Below, piece after piece: positions 22,360 through 36,096 of a DNA stretch of 43,517 bases; position 1 is the stretch's first letter; every line of letters starts with the position of its first letter. Under the pieces are notes generated by a model. That model worked only from the letters and a program-made list of their open reading frames with translations. It searched no databases and was not told the origin of the DNA. Source of the DNA: Syncephalis fuscata S228 (Eukaryota; Fungi; Zoopagomycota); assembly GCA_025786725.1 (NCBI GenBank), contig JAHLTZ010000076.1, positions 1 through 43,517 of the forward strand, read 5' to 3'. The position numbers and the translations under genes were made by a program.

Positions 22360-23345
22360 TTATTTAGAAAAATACACCGTTTTAATTTTTATTAATTTTA
22401 TTAATTAAGCCCTTTTTTATTTGCCCACACTTCGTTTTTTGTAATGAGGTTTATCACAGACTAAACATTTTTTAATGAAACGCTGTATTTTTTAATAGCT
22501 GTTTCATTACTAGTTTGTATTTGTTCAATAATAAACGTTTATTACAACAGCAACTACTGTTTCAATACTATTAGTGCTATTTTACACAGCATATTTTTGT
22601 ATTGTGTTTTTTAAATGTATTTACCACAGGTATATTGTTGAAAGGCTTTTAACAAATAAATACGATTGGCATTGCTGATAATATTGCTACAATCAACTAA
22701 ATTACATACATAAGCAAAGGTTTAAATTAAAATTGTTGCATTTATTGTGATTAAACTTTTCCCATCAGGCAATTTTTAGCTTTGTAACATTTATTATTCA
22801 ATAGTATTGTAAATACATAATACTGTTACTCAATAATAATAATAAAAATGCCTTTTATAATTCAGTTCATTTTAATTTATTATCAAGGTTTATACAGTTA
22901 CAACTTTTGTTATAAACATGCTAATTTGAGCTATTGTTATAAGTTAGTCATTCAATACTAATAATGGGTTTTATTAAATTGATATTAAACATCTGACTAA
23001 GCTACTATTTCTATTTATTTCAACTTTAGCTGTTTGTCCGAAGCTACATCATTTATTACTAGTGTTGTAACAATGTCATTTTTATCGAATTAAAAGCAAA
23101 TCAAGCTTTGTAATAAGAAATAATAGCATCTGTTAAGCTGTTACAATTGCTAGTGTATATTGAATAATCAAATATGTACTTACCTTAATGCTTTAGTTGT
23201 ACATTTTTTGGTTTTATATTTGAGAATGTAGCAACATTATATGTAATAGATTTAGTAATAGATTTTTTAATAAAAGGATTTAATAATTTAATAAGAAGGG
23301 GAAAATTTAAAAAATTAAAAACAGTGCATTTTTCAAAACTTCTAA
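22360..23345. mobile_element. Degenerate ~1-kb non-autonomous TIR element (AT-rich, no ORF)
   Basis: Left end gaaaaatacaccgttttaatttttattaatttt matches the reverse complement of the right end (gaaaaatgcactgtttttaattttttaaatttt). The same terminus, followed by attaattaagcccttt, recurs at ~43455-43517. Confidence 0.5.
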
Positions 23346-23395
23346 TTTCCACATTGTTTTAATAAAATTAAATTGTTTACAATATTATTTATTTA

Positions 23396-26300
23396 TTATT
23401 CTAATTGATCTTTTAATCGAAGCATAGCATCGATTATTGGTGCAGATGGCGTGTTATTTAGCTTTAAATAGGCAGAAAAACGTTTAGATTGATTTGGTGG
23501 CCAGTTCAACGGATTATTTTCCGTACCTTCAATTGATAAAGGGGGTAAAGCTGTATATAATGTTAACCAGACAAGATTTGGGTGATAAGAAATAATACGA
23601 CTATACAACTGCTCGACCTGCCGATTTATTTGATCTTTTGAAATAGACGATTCCGGTGCTATGTTTACTAACCAAGGAAGTGACATCTGTAATAACTTCC
23701 AAGTAACTATAGCATCAAGATAAGGTATAACCATAGTGCATACGCTTAGTGCTGTACTAGCTAGTGTCCATTCAGTTCGTGATGAATGGTCGCGATGCAG
23801 TAACCATTTCTCTAGTAGGGGCCATGCATCTTTACTAAACGGCAAGGCCATAAATGATTCACATGTTTTGCAGATAATAGCTACTGCCCGTGCCGCGGCT
23901 AATTTGACCACTAATGGCTCGTTCATCTGTCGTTGATTTGATAAATTCTCTATAATTAATGGCCATATTTGCTTCACTAGTGGATCTAATCGACGGCGAT
24001 CATTGCTTAAAACAAGTGTACAAGCTACAACAGCCTCTAATACATTTACTCGATCATTAGTATTAGGCATGGTGGCATGGTTTTGTAGACTTGATAATAT
24101 CCGCTCAGCATAATCTGCTTTCAAAGAAAGTATTCTCTTTTCAGCTGATTCGCTAGCTGATTCAATTTCGTTATTAGTAGTTATTAAAGTTGATGAATCC
24201 GCTGTTTCTGCACCATCTTTTTTTACTAGTTCCAAATCTTGATTAACAACCTCTGTTTTGCCAAAAGTACGCGTTTGATGTAAAAATACTTGAACAGCTA
24301 CTGAAGGCTGATTGTATCGAATATGCTTTTCTAGTGTCGGTTCAGTTTGTTTTTCTTCAAGTAAAGGAAATTCAATACATGGCGAAGATAAAGACATTGC
24401 CCGAGCTAGTTCTGATAGTGTATGAACTAGCTGTCCACGTAGTTCATCATTTTCAATATAGTACTCCTCTAGACCATCTACTAGATCTTCTAATACATCG
24501 CCCATATAAGGAAGAATAGCTTTACCGGTAACTTTAACTACTGCCGATAACATAGCCGGCGTTTGTGGATAAGTGGGTAGATGTCGTAGACGCAACGAAA
24601 CAGCGTTCATCATATAATCGACATTGCCTAACAACAAATGATAGACTGATGTACAACCTGTAGCAATTGCAATAGTACGCAGTGCATTAGATGCAGCATG
24701 CCGTACCATAGCAACTGAACTGGCTAGTTGTTCACATAACGGATAAAGAAGATCAACAAGCAGTATCTGTAGTTGATCCGATGCTATGATACGTGCACAA
24801 ACAGTCACTACATGTAAACAAGCCACTGTCAATGGTGCTATTTGTTCTTGGTATAAACTACTGCTGTTGCTGCTACCCTTGTATCTTGTAGATTCAAGTG
24901 ATGTGTGGATCTCCATAATATCTTGTAGAATAGCCTCAGCCAATGCTGGTACTAGCTCGTCAGATTTCTTTGAATCCAAATTAAAATACATTTTTTGTTC
25001 TGAATAATTGGGCGATAATGCAGAAGCTCCCTCTAGTAACCAACCAACGACCAATGCACACTGTGGATGATATGTATTCAATTCAGATGTTTGTAGTAGC
25101 TGCATGAAATGATCGAGTAACATTTCAACGTCGCCAACAGCGCCTAATCGCTTAAATAAACGTGCCAATGCTGTATCAGTATCAATATACGTAAATGTAG
25201 TTGAATTGACATTGCTATTTGACTGATCCATTAATGCATCATCAATTAATTCAATATTTGGTTGTGTAATAGCTGAAGTAAATGTCGATGTTTCCTGTTG
25301 AAGTGCCTTTAATAACCAAGTGAAATGGCAGGCATTTCAAGTGAAATAATCGTTGGTGCATCTGTGTCTAATAACGATAGATAGCCATTTAATAACAATA
25401 ATGACTGATCCACTCGCTTTGGCTGTCCCTCTCGCAATAGTAGTAAATCTGGTAATCGAGCCAGTCCATCTTTTAGCCGACTTGACAGTGCTTTTGGCAA
25501 CTGTTTATGTACATCTGGATGTTGTTTCAATTCATCTATCGTTTGTAGCCATACTTCACGTATTTGTTGCTGTTCATCATCTGCATATATAAGAATAACG
25601 TCAAGTAGCCCAGGAATAATGTCACTAAGCGTATGCGAACAGGATTGAATAATCTGAGATGCTAATTGCATACACGCCATTCGAATAGCTGTATCTGTAT
25701 GAAACCGTACACTTAAAATTGCCTCTAATGCTTTTTGTAATTTCGGTGTTGTTGTTTTAATCCAGTCAGCATTGCGTACAATAAGCGGAAATGTTCCTTG
25801 CATCGTTTGAACCATTTCTTCTTTAATAGGCTCTGATTTTATATTTTGTTGTTGTCGTTTAGTATAGGTATTTTTTAATTGAGTAATATCTGCTACAGTA
25901 TTTAATTCAACTGGTCTCCAATCCATTTGTCGTGTATCTGCAAATACCGCAATAACTAGATGTTGTGTTAATTGCAACATATGTTTTAATGGCCGTCGAT
26001 GTTCACCAGCCTGCGTCTTTTGAATATGAACAGCCAATTTACCCAACACTTTAGGTGCCACACTAGCCAATAGACGTGCATCATCCACCAGTCCCACTAA
26101 TAACGACTCAAGTACATCAGTGGCCGCCAATCGGATGTCCCAATTAATAGATGATGTCATCCATTCACCAGTAATTAGCGTAAATATACCGAGAGGTGCA
26201 TAAAATCTTGTGGGATCTCTGGCTACTTGCTGTGCCCGTTCTCTCCAATAAGGTGGCATATCTGAATTGGATGGTAGACAGGCTTGTAAGCAGTCAAGAA

Positions 26301-26880
26301 ATGCCAGTATAGCCTCTTCATGACTTGCTGATACAGTATCTATTGGTAGTTCATGTAGCTTCTGCCCATAACTAGCCAATAAAATCAACATTCTATACCA
26401 GTGCTCTACGTGAAAGGTTACCAAGGCAAGTAAAGCTGTTTCATTTAGCGTAGCCGACAATCGCTTGTGCATTAAACGTGCCAAACAACGAAATGTAATA
26501 GCTATACAGTCAAGGCTTTGTACCGCATCAAATCCTAGGGATAATATAGTATTTAAGGGTAGACAGGTCATAGTAAAGAATTGATCTGTAAATATAATAG
26601 TCTGGTCAGAATGGCCTGATGATATAGGCAGTTGCTGTTCTTCATAGTGAAATACACGTTCTATTGCTACTTGATAGTCCAATAAAGCTTTCCGTAATAA
26701 GCTTTGCCATACATTAGCCTTAACAAGCCCTACACCATGTTGATAGACCACATCTAATAACGCTTCTTGTTCTGCCAAAATCTACGTTTATTTGTATTAC
26801 ACCACGGTTGGCGCTACATTACTGCAATTACTTACCAGACGTTGTACATTTTGAGGAATCTTATTATTTAACATAGCCAT
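23396..26880 (-). CDS. TTI1: TEL2-interacting protein 1 (TTT complex, HEAT/ARM repeats); intron 26782-26835; one -1 break at ~25317
   Basis: ~1150-aa helical protein with TTI1-like segments LASVAPKVLGKL, VRNADWIKTT..KL, LVDLLYPLCEQLAS...VRHAA, LLLGNVDYMMNAVSLRLRH, LDPLVKQIWP and FSKDAWP. The two track ORFs fuse as ISLG-LLKALQQETS with one extra G. Confidence 0.85.
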
Positions 26881-27104
26881 GATCGATAATAAACAAGACT
26901 AACAATACATGCTGTTTTTAAACCGAAAAAAGAAAGCTGTAGAGTGACAGTTGAGAGTGAGTGACGTGTCAAGCGATGAATTTAAAAGTTTATGAAATTC
27001 CTTTTTTTTCTTTTTCTCTTTATTCTATTGCAACGATTCCATCTTGCTCTATTCTCTTACTTCTAACTAGGTGGTTATATACACGATTTGTTATAGTCAT
27101 CACT
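26881..27104. promoter_or_regulatory. Putative compact bidirectional promoter between TTI1 and DIS3
   Basis: Head-to-head start codons are only ~225 nt apart; a pyrimidine-rich tract lies at 27000-27065. Confidence 0.5.
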
Positions 27105-30100
27105 ATGTTACGGTCAAGGGCTCATGTTCACCGTAATAAGAAGGGTAACGTAGTCAAAGTAGTGAATGAACACTATTTGCGCGACGATATTTGGTGTTCC
27201 TCTCAAATATGTCGAGTCTGTGCTCATACAGCAACGTCAACCTCGGCCGAACCCGTATTGTCAGCTTCACCAGATATTACGCGTCTATATACAGCACCAC
27301 ATTATTGTCTACCAGATACCAATGTATTTATCAACCAGGTAATAATAACATGTTAAATATACAAAGCTGAACTCTAATTAGCAATATTTTAATCTAGATT
27401 GATTTTATTGAACATCCTGCATTGCGTGATGTCATTGTATTGCAAACAGTTCTAAATGAAATTAGAAATTTAAGTCAAGCAGTTTATAACCGATTAAGAA
27501 CAGTCATCGCAGATCCTACACGACGATTTTACGTGTTCTCCAATGAACATCATCGGTAAGTAATAGCTGAATTATTATTATATAAATATGGATAGCTTAT
27601 ATTGTATTCATATTATAGACACACTTTTATAGAGAAATTAAAAGATGAATCGCCAAATGATAGAAATGATCGCGGTAATTGCTAATAGAGCTGCCATCAT
27701 ATGTAAAATACTAATTGTATTAAATATAGCCATTCGTGTAGCCACTCGATGGTATGAGGATCATTTGAAAGAAGCGGCCATTGCCAACAATATACAGTCA
27801 GCCATTCGAGTTGTACTTATTACCAATGATGTAGGCAATAAAGAAAAGGCACTACAAGAGAATCTACTTTCATGTTCAGGTATACAAGCATACTAATAGA
27901 CATTTCGAAATATTAATAGTTATAATAACCGTGTTATAGTTAAAGACTATGTGACAGGCATGACAGATGATGCACAGTTATTGGATATGGTGGCACAGGC
28001 CGATACATCAAAGGAAGATAACGGTTATGTTGAGAAGCCATTTGAATATGAAGAGGTAATTTATACGATATCAGAACTAGTGTGTTAAATGCTAATAGAT
28101 ATTAACCATTGGTTCATTAGTATTTATCCACCCTTCAATTAACATCAGGTGTTAAACAAGGACAATTACACCAGGGCACATTATCTATTAGTACTCATAA
28201 TTACCTTGAGGTATTATAGGATTAAATGGATAAACGGTCTCTCTACTAAAAATGAATTACAGGGAACTATTATGGCAACAGTGAATGGAAAGGAGCAAAC
28301 TGTTCTAATACTAGGCAGGGCTCATATTAATCGAGCTGTTCAAGGTGATGTTGTAGTGGTGCGTTTACTACCGAGTGAGGAATGGCGTCGTTCTCCATCG
28401 GCAGTTGTAATGGACGAAGGTAAGTTCAATGAAATAGTAAATGATTACTATATTATATTAACGTAGTTTATAGATGAGGAAAAGGAACAAGTAGATACAG
28501 AGGGTGATATGATGATTGTCGGTGACGATGCAGACTTACAGCCTTGTGGTGTCGTAGTCGGTGTTATTAAGCGCAATTGGCGACCGTATCCTTTATAGTT
28601 ATATTGTATAAAAGTATAGACTTGACTTATCAACTGCTATACTAGATATTGTGGATTTGTTGATGTACGTACCGTCAATATGAATGCCACCAATAGTTGG
28701 CAGAATGTACTATTTATGGCTATGGATCGACGTATCCCAAAAATACGTATGCGTACACGTCAAGCCGGCACTTTATTGGGACAGCGACTTATTGTGTGCA
28801 TTGATAAATGGGACCGTGATTCCAAATATCCATCGGGCCACTTTGTAAGGGCACTTGGCCGTGCTGGTGACAAACAGACCGAAACACAAGTTTTATTACT
28901 TGAGCATGATGTGCCATATCAACCATTCTCGGCCCAAGTACTTGCTGATTTGCCGTCAGAAGGTGCCGAATGGCGCGTGACCGATGAACGTTTAGCCGGT
29001 CGAACTGATTTACGTCACTTGAATATCTGCAGTATTGATCCACCTGGCTGTACAGATATTGATGATGCACTCCATCTAACACCACTACCTAATGGCAATT
29101 ACCAAGTAGGCGTGCGTAAGTAGTACAGTATAGCAATGTGTTATTATACAGTTGAATGGAAAAACCTAATAATAGAATGAATAGATATTGCGGATGTGAC
29201 AAGCTTTGTAAAACCTGGCACTGCTATGGATATAGAAGCTGCTGCTCGTGGTACTACCGTCTATCTTGTTGATAAGCGTATTGATATGTTGCCAGCATTA
29301 CTCGGTACAAGTAAGTAAAGCAATAGCAATAACAACAATAATAATAATAATAATAAACATTATGAATGACTATTTACTAATTTGACATGTATTATAATCA
29401 TTAGATCTTTGTTCACTACATTGTGATGTGGATCGATTTGCATTTTCGTGTATTTGGGAAATTACACCCGATGCTGAATTGGTTCAAGTCGATTTTGCCA
29501 AGAGTGTTATTCGATCCAAGGCATCATTTACTTATGAACAAGCACAACAGCGTATTGATAATCCGTAAGTTGGCCAAGAAATGCTTAATAACGGTATTAA
29601 TACGTATTGATACGTATTAATAGAGAAATGCAAGATGACCTGACACAAGGCATACGGATGTTGAATGCATTAGCCAAGAAACTACGTGCCAAACGTATCG
29701 AGCGAGGTGCATTGACTCTGGCCAGTCCAGAAGTACGATTCCAACTGGAAAATGACTCACAAGACCCGATTGATGTCGGTATCCTTTTAATAGTTAGATT
29801 TAATAGAATATTTAGAATAGATGGATATGCCATTATTGTTAGTATTATTAACTTTTATGATCCAATTTAGAAATGAAGGAATTAAAGGAAACAAATGCTT
29901 TGGTTGAGGAATTCATGTTACTGGCAAATATATCTGTGGCACAAAAGATATTCAGTCATTTCCCTGATTGTTCTATGCTACGGTAGGTAGTTGGTTATTA
30001 AGGAAATAGGTTGATATTGATCATAGTAAATATTTATTTATTTATTAGACGACATCCAACACCGCCACCTTCTAATTTTGATAAACTATTGAAGGCTGTG

Positions 30101-31193
30101 GCTCCTCTAGGTATTTCACTCGACTGTACCACTTCAAAGACATTGGCCGATTCACTTGATTTGGCTATAGTAAGTAGAGTATTGTTATTAATAGCAATAA
30201 TATTACATATCTATTATTTATTTATTACTTTTATGTTTATAGCTACCAACAGATCCATATTTTAACAAATTGGTTCGTATCATGACAACACGTTGTATGA
30301 TGCAAGCAGTCTACTTCTGTTCAGGCACTTTAGCCGAATCGGATTTTCGTCATTATGGATTAGCCACTGATATCTACACGCATTTTACATCTCCTATTCG
30401 TCGATATGCAGGTAATGGGCAAGAGACATAATATGACAGCATAGCTTACATTTATCCTAGACGTCATTGTTCATCGTCTATTGGGTGCCTGTATCGGTGT
30501 AACTGGCTACTCATCAAGATTTATGGAAAAGAAGAAAATGGCCGAATTATGTGATGGTAAATAATAGAATTGATAAATTGTTATTAAAAGTTGAAGGCTA
30601 ATTGATAAATAATAGTATTGAATTATCGACATCGTATGGCCCAACAAGCCAGTCGTAGTTCAGTTGAATTATATACACATTTGTTCTTCAAGGGCAAGCG
30701 TGTATTAGAGGAAGGTTATGTTACACGTATTCTTAAAAATGGATTCTTGGTATTAATTCCAAAGTAAGTAGCTATTACTAGCTATTTATTTTACTAATCA
30801 CAGAATGTTGCTACTTTCTATGTATTATCTAGATACGGTATTGAAGGTATTGTGCATGCAACACCACAGAAATCACGTAATAGCAATAATGCTGCGACGT
30901 CAGCCGCTCTGGTCTACAATGCCGCCACCGATTGTTTAGAGTGTCCGGATAACAGCGAGACAATTACGCTGTTCCGCAAGGTGATGGTCCAACTAACCGT
31001 GGAGAGTCAATCGGGCCACGACGAGGAGATGGGCAGCATGCGACAAAAGCTCTTTATTGCTCTTACTGAACCGGCCATTCCAGGACTAGTACCCCAGGCC
31101 GTGGCTGCCCTTCCATTAGTACGTGGGCACGATGCAACAGCTGATGAGGAACGTATCGTGAAACGTGTTAAAGCCGATGTTTCTTTATCATAA
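27105..31193 (+). CDS. DIS3: Exosome catalytic subunit Dis3/Rrp44 (PIN + CSD + RNB + S1), many short introns
   Basis: [81 protein letters not shown] and [20 protein letters not shown]. Confidence 0.97.
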
Positions 31194-31257
31194 TATTGTT
31201 ACAATTCTGGTTAAATAAATTGCAGCTTAGATGAACAATTAACTCTTTATCTTGGCG

Positions 31258-31790
31258 TTATTATATAGCTTTAGTCTTTGATATGCGCTAATACTTATCT
31301 TAATGCCTAGAATACAATGTGTTATTTGATTGATATTGTTTTGATAATAAAATTGCTCCTTATTGGCCATTATTTTATACAGCTCAACTATAGCAAACTA
31401 AATAATTTATGTAATAAGTAGAAATATAGTAAAACTAAAACTGTGCTGTTTTTATTAAACAACGCTATCATTTTATAACGGGTATGCCTAATAATGGAGT
31501 CTAGATGCTTTATACTGTTCATCATTAACTCAGCGTATCAGCTTGTGTAACTGCTCTTATATTAAAAAGTAACAGAGATTTATTCATTGTGTCTTCGTAA
31601 TAGTTATTTGTTGTTAGTAATCAATGCTGATATTTGATATATATTATTCTTGTGTCATTTGCATGTAATATGTTTTTCATTTATATAATACATTTCTTAG
31701 TTACATTAGCATAACAACATGATTTAATCTGGGATTGTAACAATAGAACCATTGTAAATATGTAGTATTTTTTTGATTTCAATAGCTATG
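31258..31790 (+). repeat. Old diverged repeat C, copy 1 (direct copy at ~38118-38665)
   Basis: atacttatcttaatgcctagaatacaatgtgttatttgattgatatt versus atacttagcttaacttttagaatacaatgtgttgtttggttgatatt; colinear similarity for ~500 nt. Confidence 0.7.
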
Positions 31791-32004
31791 GTTGTAGTAA
31801 AATAGCTTATCTTTAGCTGTATTATTTTTAAATGCCAATATAACTCTAATCTACAAATTTAAGTGTAAAATAATTGTGCAATACTATGGCATATGCAACA
31901 GTATTAATATTGATTTTAATGTAGCTAGGTGACATAGCTCACTGAAATGTAAACTGAAGAGCAATAGTAATAACTTAATTAATAAACCGTTGACATTACT
32001 ACGT

Positions 32005-32795
32005 ATAGCTTTACGTAAAATGTAGCAAATTGCATGATGTTTTGCACAGGTGTGCACATAATATATAGGTAGCTATTGACAAGGTATGCCGTTATTGCGT
32101 TGCTTGATGATGCAATAACTGCGATGATACGTTAATAAATGTGTAAAAATAGCCGTTTTTTACCGTTTATAACTTATATAAACAAAATACAGCAAAATGA
32201 ATGCTGGATTCGAGTTCTCTATGCTTAGTTGTAAGGAATGGTATAAGATTTAGAACAAAAATATTTTCAAAAAATATTAGTCAAAATTGCAATTTACGTG
32301 TAAATTAGTTAACAAAAGTATACTTTATATGTAGAGATATGACACAAGTCGCCAATTTGCATCGGTATTTCTAAATATTAACTTTTCATATACTTTTTAT
32401 AGCGCTTTAGATTGCTTCAGATTTAACTTGGGTCAAATTCAATCTTCAATATTAAATCTTTAGAATCATGAAGTTTAATTACTTTTTGTTAACTAATTTA
32501 CACGTAAATTGCAATTTTGACTAATATTTTTTGAAAATATTTTTGTTCTAAATCTTATACCATTCCTTACAACTAAGCATAGAGAACTCGAATCCAGCAT
32601 GCATTTTGCTGTATTTTGTTTATATAAGTTATAAACGGTAAAAAACGGCTATTTTACACATTTATTAACGTATCATCGCGGTTATTGCATCATCAAGCAA
32701 CGCAATAACGGCATACCTTGTCAATAGCTATCTATATATTATGTGCACACCTGTGCAAAACATCATGCAATTTGCTACATTTTACGTAAAGCTAT
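32005..32795. mobile_element. Foldback (long-TIR, non-autonomous) element, copy 1: ~315-bp arms 32005-32320 and 32480-32795 with ~160-bp spacer
   Basis: Arms are near-perfect reverse complements (ctttacgtaaaatgtagcaaattgcatg... / ...catgcaatttgctacattttacgtaaag), differing at about five positions; no ORF. Confidence 0.92.
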
Positions 32796-33059
32796 GAAAT
32801 AATAAACGAGTTTATGCCGCCAAACAACAAGTTCGCCTTAAAACTGGCAATGTGAGTGCTGTTAAACCTTCCAATAAACTCCATGGACAACTTGGAGTTG
32901 CAGTGGGAGTATAAAAAATTGTTAACGGAGCCGCCGATGAACTGTTGCCGATATTAACCTTTAAAGTATATTTTGTTGTATGTTTTACAAATTTTAAATG
33001 CTAAAAATATAATTAAGTCCTTGTGACTACAGTAGTAATTAAAGACATAATTATAATGA

Positions 33060-33580
33060 CTTATTTAATTAATAAAAATTAATAATATACATCATCTTTT
33101 ATTAACAATTTATTAACATCGCTAATCTCGTTTAATATTGTATATTCATTATAGTGTTTATTATTTTATTGTATATTGGCTATACATTGTCTATAACCAT
33201 TGTCTGTTTAGTTCCAACTCTTTTATTAATAAAAATTGGTTTATTGCACTTAGTTTGTTCGCTAAGGTATATTGATAAAACAAATAATATGAATATGAAT
33301 AAAGGTATGTTTTATTAAGATTATTTATAAATAAACTAGATCATGCTAATTAGTTATGGTTTTAATGCTAATCAAGCAAAGTGACGGGTATATATAGTAA
33401 TAACACATACTGTGATGATATATGCATACTGGATAATAAATTTACAATAATGAATATTTAATTATTAATGTCACTCACCATCCAACATCATGCTCAATAG
33501 GTTGAATATGCAGTTTAATTACGCAAATGTTATCAAAAGTATCATTTAACACAAAATCATGCTATCTATTACAAATAACG
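33060..33580 (+). repeat. Diverged repeat family A copy upstream of the amidase
   Basis: tatgcatactggataataaatttacaataatgaatattt...atgtcactcaccatccaacatcatgctcaatag matches 6281-6360. Confidence 0.7.
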
Positions 33581-34314
33581 CATTTGCGATAATAGTAACA
33601 GTTCAAATCTATATATTTAAGCTAGTTGGTCAACTAATTATGAGTTATTCATATAAGTTTGTACCAACCAAATTCTACAGCATTTTCAAAACAGTTGCTC
33701 CGATACTAATAACACTAAAAATGCAAATATGAAAGGCAAAAGTATTTAGTTTACTATATTTATGTTATCAAATAATAAATGCATGTTTTTTATCATCATT
33801 TGCGATGCTGTAGTATCGTGCGCAATCGCAATAAGAATGCAATAAAAAAGAAATTACACACGTGCTACAGAATGTTAGATCACATGTAAATGAAGAATCA
33901 TGTGAAAGGCAGTAAAGCAAATCAGTACTTACATCGCTAAGCGCAAGTTACACGAAAACTAACAAGGCCTATTAGCAATGTATTTTATTACCACTAAAAT
34001 CTTGTATACTAAATTATATAGATACAGTTTCGCATATCAAATACGTCTATATATTTTTAAAATTGTATAAATGTTATGACGTTAAACATTGCAATCCTGG
34101 CATTACCCAAAAAGCCGATACTTCTCAATTTTTATTGCATGCTATACCAAATTTGGACAGCAAGGCCTGCGATGAATTAAATAAACGTCCACGCTGTCCG
34201 GCTATTCTTTTTCGCCTCGCTATTTAAGCTGTAAAGACAGCACACTTTCTCACACGCGCCATCTTTGAATCTAAACCTCTTTTTCTTTTAATTATAAGTT
34301 ATATTAGCACCACT

Positions 34315-36036
34315 ATGCTATCTTGGACCGCTAGCGGAATATCTCAAGCTCGCTGTGAAGCAAAACAACAACAACGCGATGCAGCAAGCCAGAATGCCGA
34401 AGAGTATTTAAGTCAACTCAGTAAAAGCAAAATAACATCTATATCTGATGATGAACTTTTAAATATGTCGGCACGCAAGCTTTGCGCTGCCATTGCCGCT
34501 AAACAACTCACTGCCGTCGATGCTGTCAGAGTGTTTGGTAAAAAGGCCATTGAAGCACACGTTCGTCTCAACTGCTTAACAGAAATTTGTATCAGTGAAG
34601 CAATAAGCGATGCTCGTGTATTAGATGCCCGTTTGGCAAACGGTGGGCCCGTTGGTCCCCTCCACGGCTTGCCAATTTCCGTCAAAGACTCTGTGGGCAT
34701 GAAAGGATATGACGCATGTATTGGTTATTCCGCATGGACAGAAACTCCTCTGTCCGAAGACGCAGTGGTTATCAAGTGTCTGCGTCGTGCAGGCGCCATT
34801 CCGTTTGTGAAAACAAACATTCCTCAGACACTTCTTGCTTTCGAATGTGAAAATCCTGTTTTCGGTCGTACATTGAATCCATTTAACGACAAGCTTACAC
34901 CAGGTGGCAGCAGTGGCGGTGAAGGCGCGCTTATTGGCGCTAAAGGATCAATTCTTGGAATTGGTACCGATATAGGTGGATCCGTCCGTATTCCGGCCCA
35001 CTTTTGCGGTATTTACTCGTTGAAGCCAACGGCTGATCGAATGCCGAACAAAGGGACACTGGGCGGCCTAAAAGGCCAAGAATTGGTTCGGGCAACTATC
35101 GGGCCTATGGCAAGTGATGTTGACAGTCTCGACTTATTTATGGACGTACTTCTTGGACAAGAGCCATGGATTGAAGATGAATTATGCGTTCCAATGCCAT
35201 GGAAAACATGGAGTCCGCCAGAGAAGCTTTGCATAGGTTATTTTACATTCAACGGATTTCTGCCAGTACCGCCGGCATGCCAACGTGCTGTAATGCATAC
35301 GGTTGAAGTATTACGCGCTGCTGGCCATGACGTTGTGGAATTTGAACTGCCCAATGCACACGAAGCACTAGTCGTGTTTCATGGACTCATGTCGGCTGAT
35401 GGCGGCCACGGTATTTTAGAAAAGCTTCAGGGCGATCCGGTAGGTGCACCGGTTCAAGCGCTAAAAACCCTTGTTGATTTTCCTCGAATTGTTCGTCACC
35501 TCATTTGCTGGGTGCTATCGAGTTGGATGGGTGAGCCGATGCTAGCCGATGTTATTGCAGCAACCTGTCCCAAAAACTACATCGATATATGTGGCTTCGT
35601 CGCGCGACGCGATGCATATCGCGAATTGTTTGCCAGCACAGCACGTGAATCGGCAATTCAGCAGTGTGGCCGTCCATTTGATGCCATTATATGTCCAGGA
35701 TTTGGCTTTCCGGCAATACCACACAATTCTGCAGGTGACTTGATACTGGCTTCAGGATATACTGCTTTACAAAATTTACTCGATGTACCCACTGGCGTCA
35801 TTCCTACTATTAATCTTGACAAAGAGTTGGACGCACAAATAGAACATGTATCATGGCTTGGTGAAGATGTTCCTATCGGGTACATGGAAAAGCAATTCCG
35901 TCCTTATTATGATGTAGAATTAATGCACGGTCAGCCTTTGGGTATTCAGATATTTGCAGAACGATTCCGTGAAGAAAAAGTAATTGGCTGCATGAAGATT
36001 ATTGACCAATGTCTTAAGAATGCTCGTGGTCATTAA
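34315..36036 (+). CDS. Amidase-signature family enzyme (FAAH/acetamidase-like), intronless
   Basis: GPLHGLPISVKD (catalytic Lys), TPGGSSGGEGALI and GIGTDIGGSVRIPAHFCGIYSLKP (Ser-cisSer-Lys triad). Confidence 0.95.
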   Translation: MLSWTASGISQARCEAKQQQRDAASQNAEEYLSQLSKSKITSISDDELLNMSARKLCAAIAAKQLTAVDAVRVFGKKAIEAHVRLNCLTEICISEAISDARVLDARLANGGPVGPLHGLPISVKDSVGMKGYDACIGYSAWTETPLSEDAVVIKCLRRAGAIPFVKTNIPQTLLAFECENPVFGRTLNPFNDKLTPGGSSGGEGALIGAKGSILGIGTDIGGSVRIPAHFCGIYSLKPTADRMPNKGTLGGLKGQELVRATIGPMASDVDSLDLFMDVLLGQEPWIEDELCVPMPWKTWSPPEKLCIGYFTFNGFLPVPPACQRAVMHTVEVLRAAGHDVVEFELPNAHEALVVFHGLMSADGGHGILEKLQGDPVGAPVQALKTLVDFPRIVRHLICWVLSSWMGEPMLADVIAATCPKNYIDICGFVARRDAYRELFASTARESAIQQCGRPFDAIICPGFGFPAIPHNSAGDLILASGYTALQNLLDVPTGVIPTINLDKELDAQIEHVSWLGEDVPIGYMEKQFRPYYDVELMHGQPLGIQIFAERFREEKVIGCMKIIDQCLKNARGH

Positions 36037-36096
36037 ACATAAACACGTTTATATTGTAATAAATTAAGAGTATATTTAATATATTTTTATTATCCC

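Noticed and set aside
25305-25325. Programmed Ty1/EST3-type +1 frameshift at CTT-GGT-T in TTI1
   Set aside because: The shift required is -1, the heptamer does not match CTTAGGC or CTTAGTT, and a missing G fits the window-wide indel pattern.
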